Position numbers and translations under genes: made by a program | Assembly (NCBI GenBank): GCA_039630545.1 | Contig: JBCNUU010000002.1 | Location: forward strand, 190,382 to 254,381 | DNA: 64,000 nt | Direction of reading: 5' to 3' | DNA from: Endomicrobiia bacterium | Lineage (GTDB): Bacteria; Elusimicrobiota; Endomicrobiia; DTEH01 | The notes under the pieces: generated by a model | What the model was told of the DNA's origin: nothing | What the model saw: only the letters and a program-made list of their open reading frames with translations | The model's database searches: none | Shown here: positions 41,478 through 52,875 of the stretch, in pieces | How positions within the stretch are numbered: position 1 is the stretch's first letter | Layout: every line of letters starts with the position of its first letter

Positions 41478-42551
41478 ATGAAAAACAAAAAAATAACAAT
41501 TAAAGAAATAGCTAAACTTGCAAAAGTTTCTGTAGCAACAGTATCAAGAGTAATAAACAATTTACCTTATGTGAATGAAGAAACTAAAAAGAAAGTACTT
41601 AAGTTAATAGAAGAATACAACTACATTCCTAATCCCGCAGCAAAAGCTCTGTCTTCAAAAACTGCTACTCTTCCTTATAAAAAATGCATCACTACAGTAA
41701 TATCAGACACAGCAAAACATGGTTTTGCTAATTTGTTTTTTTCAAAAGTTTTTTATGGAATAATGGAAGAAGCTGTTGAACATAGATATAACTTATTTAC
41801 AAGAATAATAAAAGCTTCTGAAGTTAACTTATTTAATGAAATCAGTTTAATAATGAACAACTCTGACGGAATTGTTGCTGTAGGGCACGGAGTAGAAGAT
41901 TTTATAGATGAAATACTAAAAAGAGATATTTTATTTCCAATAGTTTTGATAGAAGGTTACCCTAAAAGTTCATCTATGAAGGTTAACTCTGTTTTAGTTA
42001 ATAACTTTGAAGCTGCATATTTTGCTACTAAGTATTTGATAAACTGTGGACATAAAAAAATAGCAATAATTAAAGGTCCAGATGAATATATTTCTGCTCT
42101 GGATAGATTTAAAGGATTTTTAAAAGCTTTAAAAGAAAGTAATATTTATATACCTAAACAATATATTGAAACAGGTAATCTTGAATATACTGGTGGATAT
42201 GAAGCAGCTTTGCGAATGATAGAAAACTTAAAAAAGAAAGATTTTCCTACAGCCATTTTTTGTGTAAATGATTTTACTGCTATTGGTGCAAAAGATGCTT
42301 TAGAGAAAAATGGGTTTAATATTCCTGAAGATATAAGCATAGTAGGTTTTGATAATATAGAATTAACTCAACAAATAATTCCTCGTTTGACTACTGTGGA
42401 TGTTCCTAAGGAAGAACTTGGTAGAATAGCAATAAGAAGATTAAATGATTTAATTTATGGTAAAGACCGTTCCAGTATAACTTTTACAGTTTCTGCTAAG
42501 CTTATAGAACGAGAATCTGTCAAAATTTTAAAATCACACAGGAGGAGCTAA
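41478..42551 (+). CDS. LacI family transcriptional regulator
   Basis: TIKEIAKLAKVSVATVSRVIN HTH, YIPNPAAKAL hinge, DISIVGFDN, LTTV. Confidence 0.96.
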   Translation: MKNKKITIKEIAKLAKVSVATVSRVINNLPYVNEETKKKVLKLIEEYNYIPNPAAKALSSKTATLPYKKCITTVISDTAKHGFANLFFSKVFYGIMEEAVEHRYNLFTRIIKASEVNLFNEISLIMNNSDGIVAVGHGVEDFIDEILKRDILFPIVLIEGYPKSSSMKVNSVLVNNFEAAYFATKYLINCGHKKIAIIKGPDEYISALDRFKGFLKALKESNIYIPKQYIETGNLEYTGGYEAALRMIENLKKKDFPTAIFCVNDFTAIGAKDALEKNGFNIPEDISIVGFDNIELTQQIIPRLTTVDVPKEELGRIAIRRLNDLIYGKDRSSITFTVSAKLIERESVKILKSHRRS

Positions 42552-42554
42552 CAA

Positions 42555-45500
42555 ATGTATTATATACCTTTTTTGATATTTATACTCTCTGGAGTTTCTT
42601 TTTCAGATGAACTCATAATAAGCCAGGCAGGTTATAGTTTATACGAAGAAAAACTTGCTTATTTTTGTTCAAAGGAAAAACTTAAAGATATAAGTTTTTT
42701 AGTGTTGGATAAGAAAACAAAAAAAGAAGTTGCAAAAGATACTATGAGTTTTTATGGAAAATATTTTGACAAATACTTTTATATTATAGATTTAACTTCT
42801 TTAAAGGAAGGTGAATATATCTTAAAAACCAACCAGAAAGAGACATCCTTTTTTGTTAAAAAAGATATTTATAGAAACCTTTATTTAGATACCATAAAGA
42901 ATTATTTTTACATTCAAAGATGCGGTATGGAGATTCCAGGATGGCATAAACCTTGTCATTTGGATGATGCTGTTGTACCTTTTTCAGACAAAAAATTAGT
43001 AGATTCTTTAATTTTAACTCAACTTCCATGTTATCATCCTAACACCCATATAGATGTAACAGGTGGTTGGCATGATGCTGGTGACTATAATAAATACATG
43101 GGTAATTTAGCAGTAGCAGTAGGTATTTTGGGCGTTGCGTTTGAAGAGTTTAACTTAGTCGATGATTTTAACCACAATGATTATCCTGATATATTAGAAG
43201 AACTAAAGTACGCAATAGATTGGATGTTGAAAATGCAGGATAAAGATGGCGGAGTTTTTGAGAGAGTTTTTTCTGGATATGAATATAAAGGATTGCCTGA
43301 AAAAGAAACAGATAACAAGCCAAAAACTTCTGATGATAGATATTTAGATATAGATAAGTTTACTGATATAGCTGGAAAGTTTTTAGCAGCTTCTGCGATA
43401 TGTAGTAGAATATTTGAAAAATACGATAAAACATATTCACAAAACATCTTACAGGCAGCTTTAAAAACCTGAAAGTGGATAAAGAAAAATCCAAACAAAT
43501 ACGATTTAGAACCCTGGAGTTTTGGAAGATACCCGGGAGATAAATCTGCTGTAGTATGGGGAGCTGTTGAGATGCACCAGACGACAAAAAATTTTGAATT
43601 TTTGGATTTTGCAGAAAGGAGAGTTTTAGAAATAAAAGCGGTAGGAGGAAGTTTAAACCATATGAGCTGGTTATTCCAGCCAGTCATAGCTTTAAGCAAA
43701 GTTTATATGTTTACAAACCATGATGGTATAAAAAAAGTAATTAAGAGAGAACTAAACAATTACTTTAAAAAGTATGTTGAATTTTCAGCAGAAAATCCTT
43801 TTTATTTAAGAACAGGTTTTATAGATGCATGGGAATGGGGGACTAACGCGCTTGTGTTAGGAACAGGTTTTGATCTTTATTGGATAAGTAAAGTTTTGCA
43901 GGATAATTCAATTATTAATTCAGCAATTAAATCCAGACAGTGGGTTTTAGGACTTAATTATATGGGAAAATCATTTGTGGTAGGTGTGGGAAATTCTATA
44001 GAAAATCCATATAGTTTGCTTGCCTTATCTTCACAGAATAAAAAAAGAATTTTAGGAGCGGTTCTTCCTGGTATGTATATATTACAAGGAAAACCATTTT
44101 ATACTGAACAACAGGGCAGTTTCAAATGTAACGAAGCTACTATAGATGCCGCTGCTTTATATGTGTTTAATGTAGCTATTCCAGAAAGTGATGTGTGTAT
44201 AAATTTACTTTCACCAAAAAGAAATGCAGTAGTTAAAGGTGTAATTGAGTTAAAACTTGAAGTTTTAACAAATAAGGAAATAAAGGAAGTGTTATACAAA
44301 ATTGATGATGAAGAATTCAAAGTATTGCCTTATCGTGATGGCTATTTTTCTACCAGAATAGATACAACACTTTTAGAAGATGGTGAGCATATCATATATA
44401 TAAAGGTAAAGAATGACCAAAAAATAATAGGAGGTAATTTTTTTAAGATAAATGTTGATAATGTAGAAGAACCTCTTAAAATCTATATAATAAGTCCTCA
44501 AAATGGTGAAGTTTATGTAGGAGGTTGTGAGATATTATGTAAAATAAATGACGATAAGATTCACAACTATGAATTATTTTACAGTGTTGACAATGCAAAA
44601 TCCTGGAATAAACTAAAAACTAAAGACAGAGAATTTTATAGTGAGTTTATACCCACAAATCCAAAAGAAACCACTATTCAACTAAAAGCCGTTGATATAA
44701 CCACTCAAAAGACAACTTTTTCAGATAAAATAAGCTTCACAGTTGTTAGAACTGGAAGATTACAAACAGAACAAAACTATAAAGTCTTAGAAGATTCCTC
44801 GCAAACTCCCATAGGTCAAGAAAAAAGAAAATATGATGATTCAGGCTGTGTAGTTTTACCGGATGAAAAAGATTCCATATCTATTGAGTTTTTCATATGT
44901 CAAGATGGCAATTATATTTTAAGACATAGAGAACGATCTGGAGATGTGTATTGGAAGTCCCCTACATCCAGATGGGATCAAGATACTTACATCTACTATC
45001 TTGATGGCAAAGAATTGAAGTTTAAAGCATTACCTGATTCTGTTACTAAAGAAAGTGACTTATATGGAGAATATTGGGGAATTAGAGAAACTGATAAAAT
45101 TTATTTAACAAAAGGTAAACATACTTTTACAGTAAAAACCAAACAGGTTTGGGCATATTCTGATTATTTAGATGTAATTTATGAATCAGACATAGACAAA
45201 AAATTTTTAGAGTCAAAAGTGAAAATTTTAGATAACTTTGAAAAAGTAAAACTTGACTGGGGTTCTTATAAAGGTCCTGCTTCAGAAATAAATCTTCAAA
45301 TTACAAATCTAAATCAAAAATTTGGTGAAAAATGTCTTAAATTTGATTGCGTGAATAAGGATTACGCAGGCATAGTCTATAATAATAAATTTGATTGGTC
45401 AAGTTATAAATTCATAGAAATGTGGTTGTACTCTACACAAGACTGCAAAATACATTTTGTCATAGAAGAGAGAAAAGAAAAAACATTTTGGGGTAGTGAC

Positions 45501-45701
45501 TATGAAATAACTGAAAAAAACAAATGGATATACTTGAAGCTACCATTTGAAGATTTTAGTGTAGATACAGAATATCAACCTGGCAATAAAGATGATAAAG
45601 TATTGAATCTGGAAGATGTTATGACTTTTCATGTTTCTTTAAAAACACAATCTGATAAAAAAATAACTATTTTCATAGATGATCTTAGATTAACCAAATG
45701 A
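42555..45701 (+). pseudogene. Secreted GH9 with Big domains and a C-terminal CBM11-like domain, interrupted by an in-frame TGA at 43470-43472
   Basis: ORFs 42555..43472 and 43572..45701 share a frame. The first part has GGWHDAGDYNKY and the second has the catalytic FKCNEATID. The linker reads AALKT*KWIKKNP. Read through it would be 1048 aa. Confidence 0.8.
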
Positions 45702-45711
45702 GGAGGAAAAA

Positions 45712-47841
45712 ATGTCGCTTTTATATGAAACAGTTCTTGGCAAATTAGGAGGCGGTTTAACTTTGCACTTTAAGCCTAAACATAAAAAAGTTTTTATATC
45801 TCCTTTTGGTATATTATGTGAGGAAGCTTTTGATTTTGTTTTGGGTGTAAAAACTGATTCAGGTAAAGCATTTCTTCCTCTGGCTGATAAAAATGAAATT
45901 TTTGAACACATTGAACAAGAAATATCACTTACTTCTTTGAAATACAAAGCAAAAAGTACGAAATTAGGAGTTATTTTTGAAGTAAAGTTTATCTCGCCTT
46001 TTTATCCTGAAGATACTGAGGTTTCTATTTCGCCATTTCTATATATAGATATTGCTATTGAGAAAATACCATATAAATACGATGATAATAAAAGTATCTG
46101 TGGCAATTTAATCATAGATCTGGAAAATATAAAAAAAACAGGGATGATAAGTAAAATTAGAGATAAAATTTATATTAAAGACATGTTTTATGCAAAGTTT
46201 AAAGTAAATAAAAACACAGGTTTAATGGACCTGATTGAAGATAAATCAAAAAAAATCAATGCAGAGATTTTACTTAAGAATATGGATAATTTTGATATTA
46301 ATAATATAAAGTTTAAAATTGACAAAGACCACAAATTTAAAACCATGTTTATTTTTGCCGTTTATTGTAAAGATGTTATTGTTGTTAAAGATAAAAAAGA
46401 AAATTTTAGTTTATTTTATACAAATTTTTTCAAAAACATAGATGAGGTTATCAACTATGGCATCATAAATGAAAAACATATAATGGAAAAAGTAGATGCA
46501 TTTGAATATATAATTAACATAACCTCTTTAAGTAAAACTCAAAAAGACTTTCTTGCTTATACATTTCATTCATATTTGATAAATACTTGCTGGTTGTTTA
46601 ATTATGAAACTTTAAAAGATATATTTACAGTAATTGAAGGTAATTGTGGTTATCATTCAACCGTAGATGTTGAATACAATGTGGCTTTATTTTATTTGTT
46701 GTTTTGGCCTGAATTATTAAAAAAAGAATTAGAATTATGGTATGAATATGTAAAAGAAAACTGGATGTTACATGATATAGGGGCTCTGTTTGAGATAGGT
46801 ACACAGATATATCCTCACAATATGGAAGTTGAAGAAAATTGCAATCTGATATTGTTAAGTTACGCTTACTGGAAACATACAGCTGATTCTTCGTTAATCA
46901 CAAAAAAATATGATTTGCTTAAAAAGTTAGCAAACTTTATTGTCAAATGTGACAAAAACAAAGATGGCATACCTGACGAGAAAACAGCTAATACTATAGA
47001 CGATGCATCTGCTGCTGTTCAGTTTTCCAAAGAACAAATTTATCTTGGTTTAAAAACTTATTCAGCTTTAAAAGCTTTATCTGAAATTGCTAATTTTTTA
47101 AAAGATAACACATTTGTAAAATTTATCAAAAAGATAACAAAAAAAATAAAAAGTACAATAGAAAAGAAAGCATGGTTAAAAGATCACTATGTCGTATGTT
47201 TAGATAAAATAGCAAAAAATTTAATTGATGTATGGAGTGGCAAAAAAATAAATGGTATTTTAGAAGGATGGGACGCCTACTCTATTTATACATCAAATGG
47301 TCTGTTGTATCTTTTGATCTCAAATGCTGAAATTGATCTTAATAAAGAAAAAATAAAACTAGATATATTAAACAGTAAAAAGTATAACATGACAGAGTAT
47401 GGTTGTACTCATACAAGCAAAGATAAATCAAACATTTGGATTTCACAAAATTTATGGCATGATTTTGTGGGTATGTATTTTGGTTTAGATTTTTCTGATA
47501 ATATTGAAAGATATTGGCAGTTTGAACTATTTGAAAACACTCAAGGAAGAGGTGGTTGTTTTGTAGATACATATGGCTGGAATCATTTACACTACTATCC
47601 CAGAGGTGTCACTTCATTTGGTTTATATTACGGAATTTTAGGTTTAAAAGTTGATAGAATTAAAAAGGAAATAAAATTATCCCCTGTTAAAGTTCCTTTG
47701 AAAGTTCCGTTAGTTTGTTTTGCTAATTGGAAAGAAAAAAAATTTCCAGTTGTGGAATGTTATATAAGAAATAAAAAACTGGTGATTAAATTCTATAATA
47801 AAGAATTGCTTGATGGTTATAAAATTTTTATTGAAGGCTAA
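45712..47841 (+). CDS. Cytoplasmic (alpha/alpha)6 glycoside-hydrolase-like protein (DUF4965 'glutaminase'/GH52-related)
   Basis: Motifs EGNCGYHSTVDVEY, HDIG, MEVEENCN, NTIDDA; no signal peptide. Confidence 0.6.
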   Translation: MSLLYETVLGKLGGGLTLHFKPKHKKVFISPFGILCEEAFDFVLGVKTDSGKAFLPLADKNEIFEHIEQEISLTSLKYKAKSTKLGVIFEVKFISPFYPEDTEVSISPFLYIDIAIEKIPYKYDDNKSICGNLIIDLENIKKTGMISKIRDKIYIKDMFYAKFKVNKNTGLMDLIEDKSKKINAEILLKNMDNFDINNIKFKIDKDHKFKTMFIFAVYCKDVIVVKDKKENFSLFYTNFFKNIDEVINYGIINEKHIMEKVDAFEYIINITSLSKTQKDFLAYTFHSYLINTCWLFNYETLKDIFTVIEGNCGYHSTVDVEYNVALFYLLFWPELLKKELELWYEYVKENWMLHDIGALFEIGTQIYPHNMEVEENCNLILLSYAYWKHTADSSLITKKYDLLKKLANFIVKCDKNKDGIPDEKTANTIDDASAAVQFSKEQIYLGLKTYSALKALSEIANFLKDNTFVKFIKKITKKIKSTIEKKAWLKDHYVVCLDKIAKNLIDVWSGKKINGILEGWDAYSIYTSNGLLYLLISNAEIDLNKEKIKLDILNSKKYNMTEYGCTHTSKDKSNIWISQNLWHDFVGMYFGLDFSDNIERYWQFELFENTQGRGGCFVDTYGWNHLHYYPRGVTSFGLYYGILGLKVDRIKKEIKLSPVKVPLKVPLVCFANWKEKKFPVVECYIRNKKLVIKFYNKELLDGYKIFIEG

Positions 47842-47876
47842 ATAAATTATTTTTTTAACAAAAGGAGATTAAAAAA

Positions 47877-49271
47877 ATGTATAAGATTAAAATTTTTTTA
47901 TATTTGATTTTTGTTATGATTAATTTTACCAGTTGTAAAAAGCCAATTCAATCTCAAAATAAAATTACCTTGAATATATGGATAATGCCTAACAGTTCTG
48001 AACCACAAATTACATTTGAAAATATCCTTGAGGAGTTTAAAAAAGAAAATCCAAATATAGATTTAATAGTAAACGTAATAGATTGGGGATCTGCGTGGTC
48101 TAAAATTACTACAGCAGCAACCAGTGGTACGGGTCCTGATATATGTCAACTAGGTACAACCTGGGTTGGAACTGTAACTTCCATGGGGGCTTTAGTTGAT
48201 TTGACAGACTGGGTTAAAAACGATTTAGGAACAGATAAGTTTGTTCCCAATGTGTTACCAACAGGAGGCATAGCAGGAAATTTTACATCAGTTCCGTGGA
48301 TAATAGATGCGAGAGCTTTATTTTACAGGAAAGACATTTTTGATAAGTTAGGAATAAAACCACAGGATATGAATGATTGGAGTGGTTTTGAAAAAGTGTT
48401 AAAGAAAATCTATGATGCGTATGTTGTGTCTGATGAAAATGCTAATTTGTATTTTGGTGAAGAAGCAAAAAAGTTAGAAAGTAAACAGGGATACTTTAGA
48501 GTTTATCCTATAGGAGTACCTGGCAAAAACGATTGGAATGTGATTTACAATTTTGATCCCTGGATTTGGTCTGCTGGAGGTGACTGGCTTACTTCTGACA
48601 ATAAACCTTTTAATAATGCTAAAGAAATTTTAGATGGGATTATATTTTATACATCTATAGCTAAAAAATATACAACAAAATCTTGTTTAGAATTAAATAG
48701 TAGCCAAGTTGAAACATGGTTTGCTAATGGTAGGTTTGCCATTATCCCATCTGGTGCATGGACTGTAAGAAACCTTACTTTACCTCCAGAGAAAGGTGGT
48801 TTTAATAATCTGCCTGTAGCTTCTAAATTTGGTGTAGTTCATTACCCTGAAGGTCCAAAGGGAAGATATACCTTCCTTGGAGGTAGTAATTTTGTAATTT
48901 TTAAGTCTTGCAAATATCCTCAGATTGCGTGGAAAGTCATTAAGTATTTATTAGAAAAAAAACAACAACTAGATTACGCTAAAAATTCTGGATTTTTACC
49001 AGCAACTATAGATTCCTACAATGATCCGTATTTTGACAAAAATCCTCATCTGAAAGTATTCAAAGAAACAGTAAAATATGGTAGAGTTCACCCATGTATT
49101 CCTTTGTGGGGTCCTGCAGAGGTGATATTGATAAGAAGATTAGGTACAATATGGGATTATGTATCAGGAGTTTATGGAGAAATAGATGTTGAAAGAAAGA
49201 TAAAAGAAGAAGTTGCAAATATTCAAAAAGATTTAATGACATTATTTGAACAAGATAAAACTAAAATGTAA
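47877..49271 (+). CDS. Carbohydrate ABC substrate-binding lipoprotein, paralog of 13373..14788
   Basis: Lipobox FTSC; shares WIMPNS, DWG.AWSKIT.AATSG..PDICQLGTTWV, PGKNDWNVI and RRLG..WDYV.GVYGE. Confidence 0.93.
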   Translation: MYKIKIFLYLIFVMINFTSCKKPIQSQNKITLNIWIMPNSSEPQITFENILEEFKKENPNIDLIVNVIDWGSAWSKITTAATSGTGPDICQLGTTWVGTVTSMGALVDLTDWVKNDLGTDKFVPNVLPTGGIAGNFTSVPWIIDARALFYRKDIFDKLGIKPQDMNDWSGFEKVLKKIYDAYVVSDENANLYFGEEAKKLESKQGYFRVYPIGVPGKNDWNVIYNFDPWIWSAGGDWLTSDNKPFNNAKEILDGIIFYTSIAKKYTTKSCLELNSSQVETWFANGRFAIIPSGAWTVRNLTLPPEKGGFNNLPVASKFGVVHYPEGPKGRYTFLGGSNFVIFKSCKYPQIAWKVIKYLLEKKQQLDYAKNSGFLPATIDSYNDPYFDKNPHLKVFKETVKYGRVHPCIPLWGPAEVILIRRLGTIWDYVSGVYGEIDVERKIKEEVANIQKDLMTLFEQDKTKM

Positions 49272-49294
49272 GTTTAAGGAGGTGGTTTTAGAAG

Positions 49295-50824
49295 ATGACG
49301 GAGTATTTCATAGGAATAGATAGTGGAACCCAAAGCACGAAAGCAGTTGTTTTAGATATTAAAGAAAAAAAAATTATTCAGCAAGCATCTTCACCTCATG
49401 ATATAATAGAAGATGTTTATGGAAAAAAAGAGCAACATCCTCAATGGTGGATTGATGCTTGTGATAAAGTTTTATTTGAAGTATTATCCAAAATAGATAA
49501 ATCAAAAGTTAAAGGAATAGGAGTTTCTGCACAACAACATGGATTTGTCGCATTGGACAAAAACGGTTATCCTATAAGGCCTGCTAAGTTATGGAATGAT
49601 ACTACCACATCTAAAGAATGCAAATACCTTATAAAAAAACTGGGTGGTCTAAAAAGAGTTATATCTTTGACTGGAAATAGTATACCAGCTGGCTTTACGG
49701 TTTCTAAAATTTTATGGTTTAAAAGAAACGAACCTGATAATTATAAAAAGTTACATATTGTTTTGCTACCTCACAATTATATAAATTATTATCTTACTGG
49801 AGAACTAAAAATTGAGTATGGAGACACTTCTGGTACTGGAATGTTTGATGTCAGAAAAAGAATCTGGGTCAAAGAAATTCTTGATATAATAGATCCTGAA
49901 CTAATTAATAAATTGCCACCGTTTCAAAAACCATATGAAATATGTGGATATATAAAAAAAGAAATTTCAGAAAAATTTGGATTAAACAAAGATGTAATTG
50001 TGTCAGCGGGTGGAGGAGATAACATGATGTCAGCTATAGGGACTGGAAATGTTGAAGAAGGAGTGGTAACATTAAGTTTAGGTACTTCAGGAACGATTTT
50101 TGCTTACTCTTCAAAACCCGTATACGATAAACAAAAAGGCGAAATTGCAGCTTTTTGTGATTCAACGGGAGGTTGGCTTCCTCTGGTTTGTACCATGAAT
50201 GTTACAGTAGCCACCGAGCTTATAAGAAAAACGTTTGACATGTCTATAGAAGAGATGAACATTTTAATAGAAAACACACCTCCAGGTAGTAGTGGTCTGG
50301 TTTTGATACCATATTTAAGTGGCGAAAGAACACCAGATATTCCTGATGGGACAGGAGTATTTTTTGGAGTCAACACCATTACATTTGATAAAAAATATTT
50401 ATGTAGATCTGCTATGGAAGGAGTAACTTTAGGTCTAAAATATGGTTTTGAGAAGTTAAAAAAATTAGGTATCAAACCTAAACAGATAAGGCTAACAGGA
50501 GGTGGAGCTAAAAGTAAAGTTTGGAGACAAATTGTAAGTGATGTTTTTAATTGTGAAGTGGTTTGTATGGAAGTAGAAGAATCTGCAGCTTTTGGAGCGG
50601 CTTTACAGGCTTATTGGGCTTATTTAAATTTGAGAGGTAAAATATCTATTAAAGAAATTACAGATGAATTTTGTAAAGTCAAAATTGATACAACTACCCA
50701 GCCAAAAAAAAGTAATGTTATTAAATATGAATATTTATACGATCTACAACAAAAAATTACTAACAAAATAATGTCTGTTTTTGGATTTCACAAAAAGATA
50801 TTGAAAAAATTAGAATCAATTTAG
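49295..50824 (+). CDS. xylB: Xylulokinase (FGGY kinase)
   Basis: IGIDSGTQSTKA, QQHG, RPAKLWND, GGGDNM, LSLGTSGT, GERTP, TGGGAKS..WRQI. Confidence 0.9.
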   Translation: MTEYFIGIDSGTQSTKAVVLDIKEKKIIQQASSPHDIIEDVYGKKEQHPQWWIDACDKVLFEVLSKIDKSKVKGIGVSAQQHGFVALDKNGYPIRPAKLWNDTTTSKECKYLIKKLGGLKRVISLTGNSIPAGFTVSKILWFKRNEPDNYKKLHIVLLPHNYINYYLTGELKIEYGDTSGTGMFDVRKRIWVKEILDIIDPELINKLPPFQKPYEICGYIKKEISEKFGLNKDVIVSAGGGDNMMSAIGTGNVEEGVVTLSLGTSGTIFAYSSKPVYDKQKGEIAAFCDSTGGWLPLVCTMNVTVATELIRKTFDMSIEEMNILIENTPPGSSGLVLIPYLSGERTPDIPDGTGVFFGVNTITFDKKYLCRSAMEGVTLGLKYGFEKLKKLGIKPKQIRLTGGGAKSKVWRQIVSDVFNCEVVCMEVEESAAFGAALQAYWAYLNLRGKISIKEITDEFCKVKIDTTTQPKKSNVIKYEYLYDLQQKITNKIMSVFGFHKKILKKLESI

Positions 50825-50841
50825 AAAGGAAATTTCTAAAT

Positions 50842-52857
50842 ATGCAAAAAGAAGATATCGTTAAAAAAACGATAAACTGTATAAGAATTCTTTCTTTAGA
50901 ATGCGTAGAAGAAGCAAAATCCGGTCATCCTGGACTTCCGTTAGGAGCTGCTGAAATATTTTATGTGCTATGGCATAAACATCTGATATTTTGTCCGGAA
51001 GACCCAAAATGGCTCAACAGAGATAGGTTTATTCTTTCTGCAGGACATGGCTCAGCTGGTCTTTATTCTTTGCTATATATGTATGGTTTTCTATCAATAG
51101 AAGATTTAAAAAGGTTTAGACAGTTTAAAAGTAAAACACCTGGTCATCCAGAATATGGTTTGACACCTGGAGTTGAAACTACCACAGGACCTCTAGGACA
51201 AGGTTTTGCCACAGCTGTAGGTATCGCTTTAGGCCAGCGTATATTACAGCAGAAGCTAAAAATAATTTCTTCTGAACTTTCTGAACTTATTAATCATAAA
51301 GTTTATGTTTTAGTGGGAGACGGTGATTTAATGGAGGGAGTTTCCTATGAGGCTGGCAGTTTGGCAGGACATCTATGTTTGAATAATCTTATTGTGATAT
51401 ATGATAGCAACAAAACAACAATAGATGGTTCAACTGATTTGACTTTCACTGAGGATGTTGATTTGAGATTTAAAGCCTTTGGGTGGGAAGTGGTTAAAAT
51501 AGATGGTCATAACTTAGAACAATTAGATAGTAGTTTGAACTTTGCTAAAAAATCTACAAAACCTTTTTTAATCATAGCATCTACCAAAATAGCAAAATGC
51601 AGCCCTAATTTTGAAGGCTCACATAAAGCACATGGAGCACCTTTAGGTGAAGATGAAGTCTGTAAAATTAAAGAAAAACTTATGTGGAGTAAAGAAAAAT
51701 TTTATGTTCCGGATGATGTTAAAAATTATATTAGCTTGAGATTAAAAGAACTAAAAAAAGAGTATGAAAGATGGCAAGATAATCTTAAAAATTGTTTAAA
51801 AAAATATCCAAAGTTGAAAAGTTTGTTAGATGATTACTTATCAACCGACTTAGATAAATCACAACTTAATGATTTGTTGCTTGAGTTAAAAAATTTAAAA
51901 TTTGATAAGGAATTTTTATCTACAAGAACTGCTTTTGGGAATGTTCTTCAAATAGTTGCAAAAAAAATAGATAAAGTAATAGTAGGCTCTGCTGATTTAG
52001 CACATTCCACAAATGCGTTAATTAAGGATTCAGGTGCAATACAAAAAGATAATTTTAATGCTAAAAACATCTACTTTGGAGTAAGAGAGCATGCAATGGG
52101 ATGTATTTCAAATGGTCTTGCGTTATATAACTTTAGGCCCATATGTTCAACTTTTCTTGTTTTTTCTGACTATATGAGACCACCTATAAGACTTGCCTCA
52201 ATGATGAAACTTCCTGTGGTTTTTGTTTTTAGTCACGATAGTGTTTTTATAGGAGAAGACGGACCTACACATCAACCGGTAGAACATCTGATAAGTTTAA
52301 GAGCAATTCCTGGTTTATATGTTATAAGACCTGCTGATGCGTATGAAACATTATATGCTGTGTATTTCGCATTGAGGTCAAAAGACAAACCAGTTGCTTT
52401 GATACTTACAAGACAAGATGTAGCTGTATTAGATAGAAAAAAATTTTCATCTGCTTCTGGTTTATTAAAAGGAGGATATATAATATCAAAAGAGAAAAAT
52501 AAAACCTGCGATATTATTTTAATAGCAACGGGTTCTGAAGTGTATTTAGCTATTCAAGTGCAAGAACTTTTACAAAAAGATGGTTTTTCTGTAAGAGTGG
52601 TAAGTATGCCAAGCGTAGAACTGTTTGAAGAACAACCTCAAAACTACAGAGATGAAGTAATACCTCAGGATGTTAAAATTAAAGTTGTTATAGAGGCTTC
52701 CAGAACCATAGGATGGCAAAAATATGCAGGAGACAATGGTTTGATAATAGGAATAGATCACTTTGGAAACTCAGCTCCTTACAAAATTTTACAGCAGGAA
52801 TACGGATTTACTGCTGAAAAAATTTATGAAAAACTAAGAAAGCATTTTAAAATCTAA
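50842..52857 (+). CDS. tkt: Transketolase
   Basis: SGHPGLPLG, RDRFILSAGH, TTGPLGQG, GDGDLMEG, FGVREHAM, GEDGPTHQP. Confidence 0.97.
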   Translation: MQKEDIVKKTINCIRILSLECVEEAKSGHPGLPLGAAEIFYVLWHKHLIFCPEDPKWLNRDRFILSAGHGSAGLYSLLYMYGFLSIEDLKRFRQFKSKTPGHPEYGLTPGVETTTGPLGQGFATAVGIALGQRILQQKLKIISSELSELINHKVYVLVGDGDLMEGVSYEAGSLAGHLCLNNLIVIYDSNKTTIDGSTDLTFTEDVDLRFKAFGWEVVKIDGHNLEQLDSSLNFAKKSTKPFLIIASTKIAKCSPNFEGSHKAHGAPLGEDEVCKIKEKLMWSKEKFYVPDDVKNYISLRLKELKKEYERWQDNLKNCLKKYPKLKSLLDDYLSTDLDKSQLNDLLLELKNLKFDKEFLSTRTAFGNVLQIVAKKIDKVIVGSADLAHSTNALIKDSGAIQKDNFNAKNIYFGVREHAMGCISNGLALYNFRPICSTFLVFSDYMRPPIRLASMMKLPVVFVFSHDSVFIGEDGPTHQPVEHLISLRAIPGLYVIRPADAYETLYAVYFALRSKDKPVALILTRQDVAVLDRKKFSSASGLLKGGYIISKEKNKTCDIILIATGSEVYLAIQVQELLQKDGFSVRVVSMPSVELFEEQPQNYRDEVIPQDVKIKVVIEASRTIGWQKYAGDNGLIIGIDHFGNSAPYKILQQEYGFTAEKIYEKLRKHFKI

Positions 52858-52875
52858 GGAGGAAAAAAATAATCT

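Noticed and set aside
43470..43520. Selenocysteine insertion at the in-frame TGA
   Set aside because: Paralogs have Trp, not Cys, at this position, and no convincing SECIS-like hairpin follows.
43572..45701. Independent gene
   Set aside because: It begins mid-GH9 barrel with no signal peptide and is in frame with 42555..43472.
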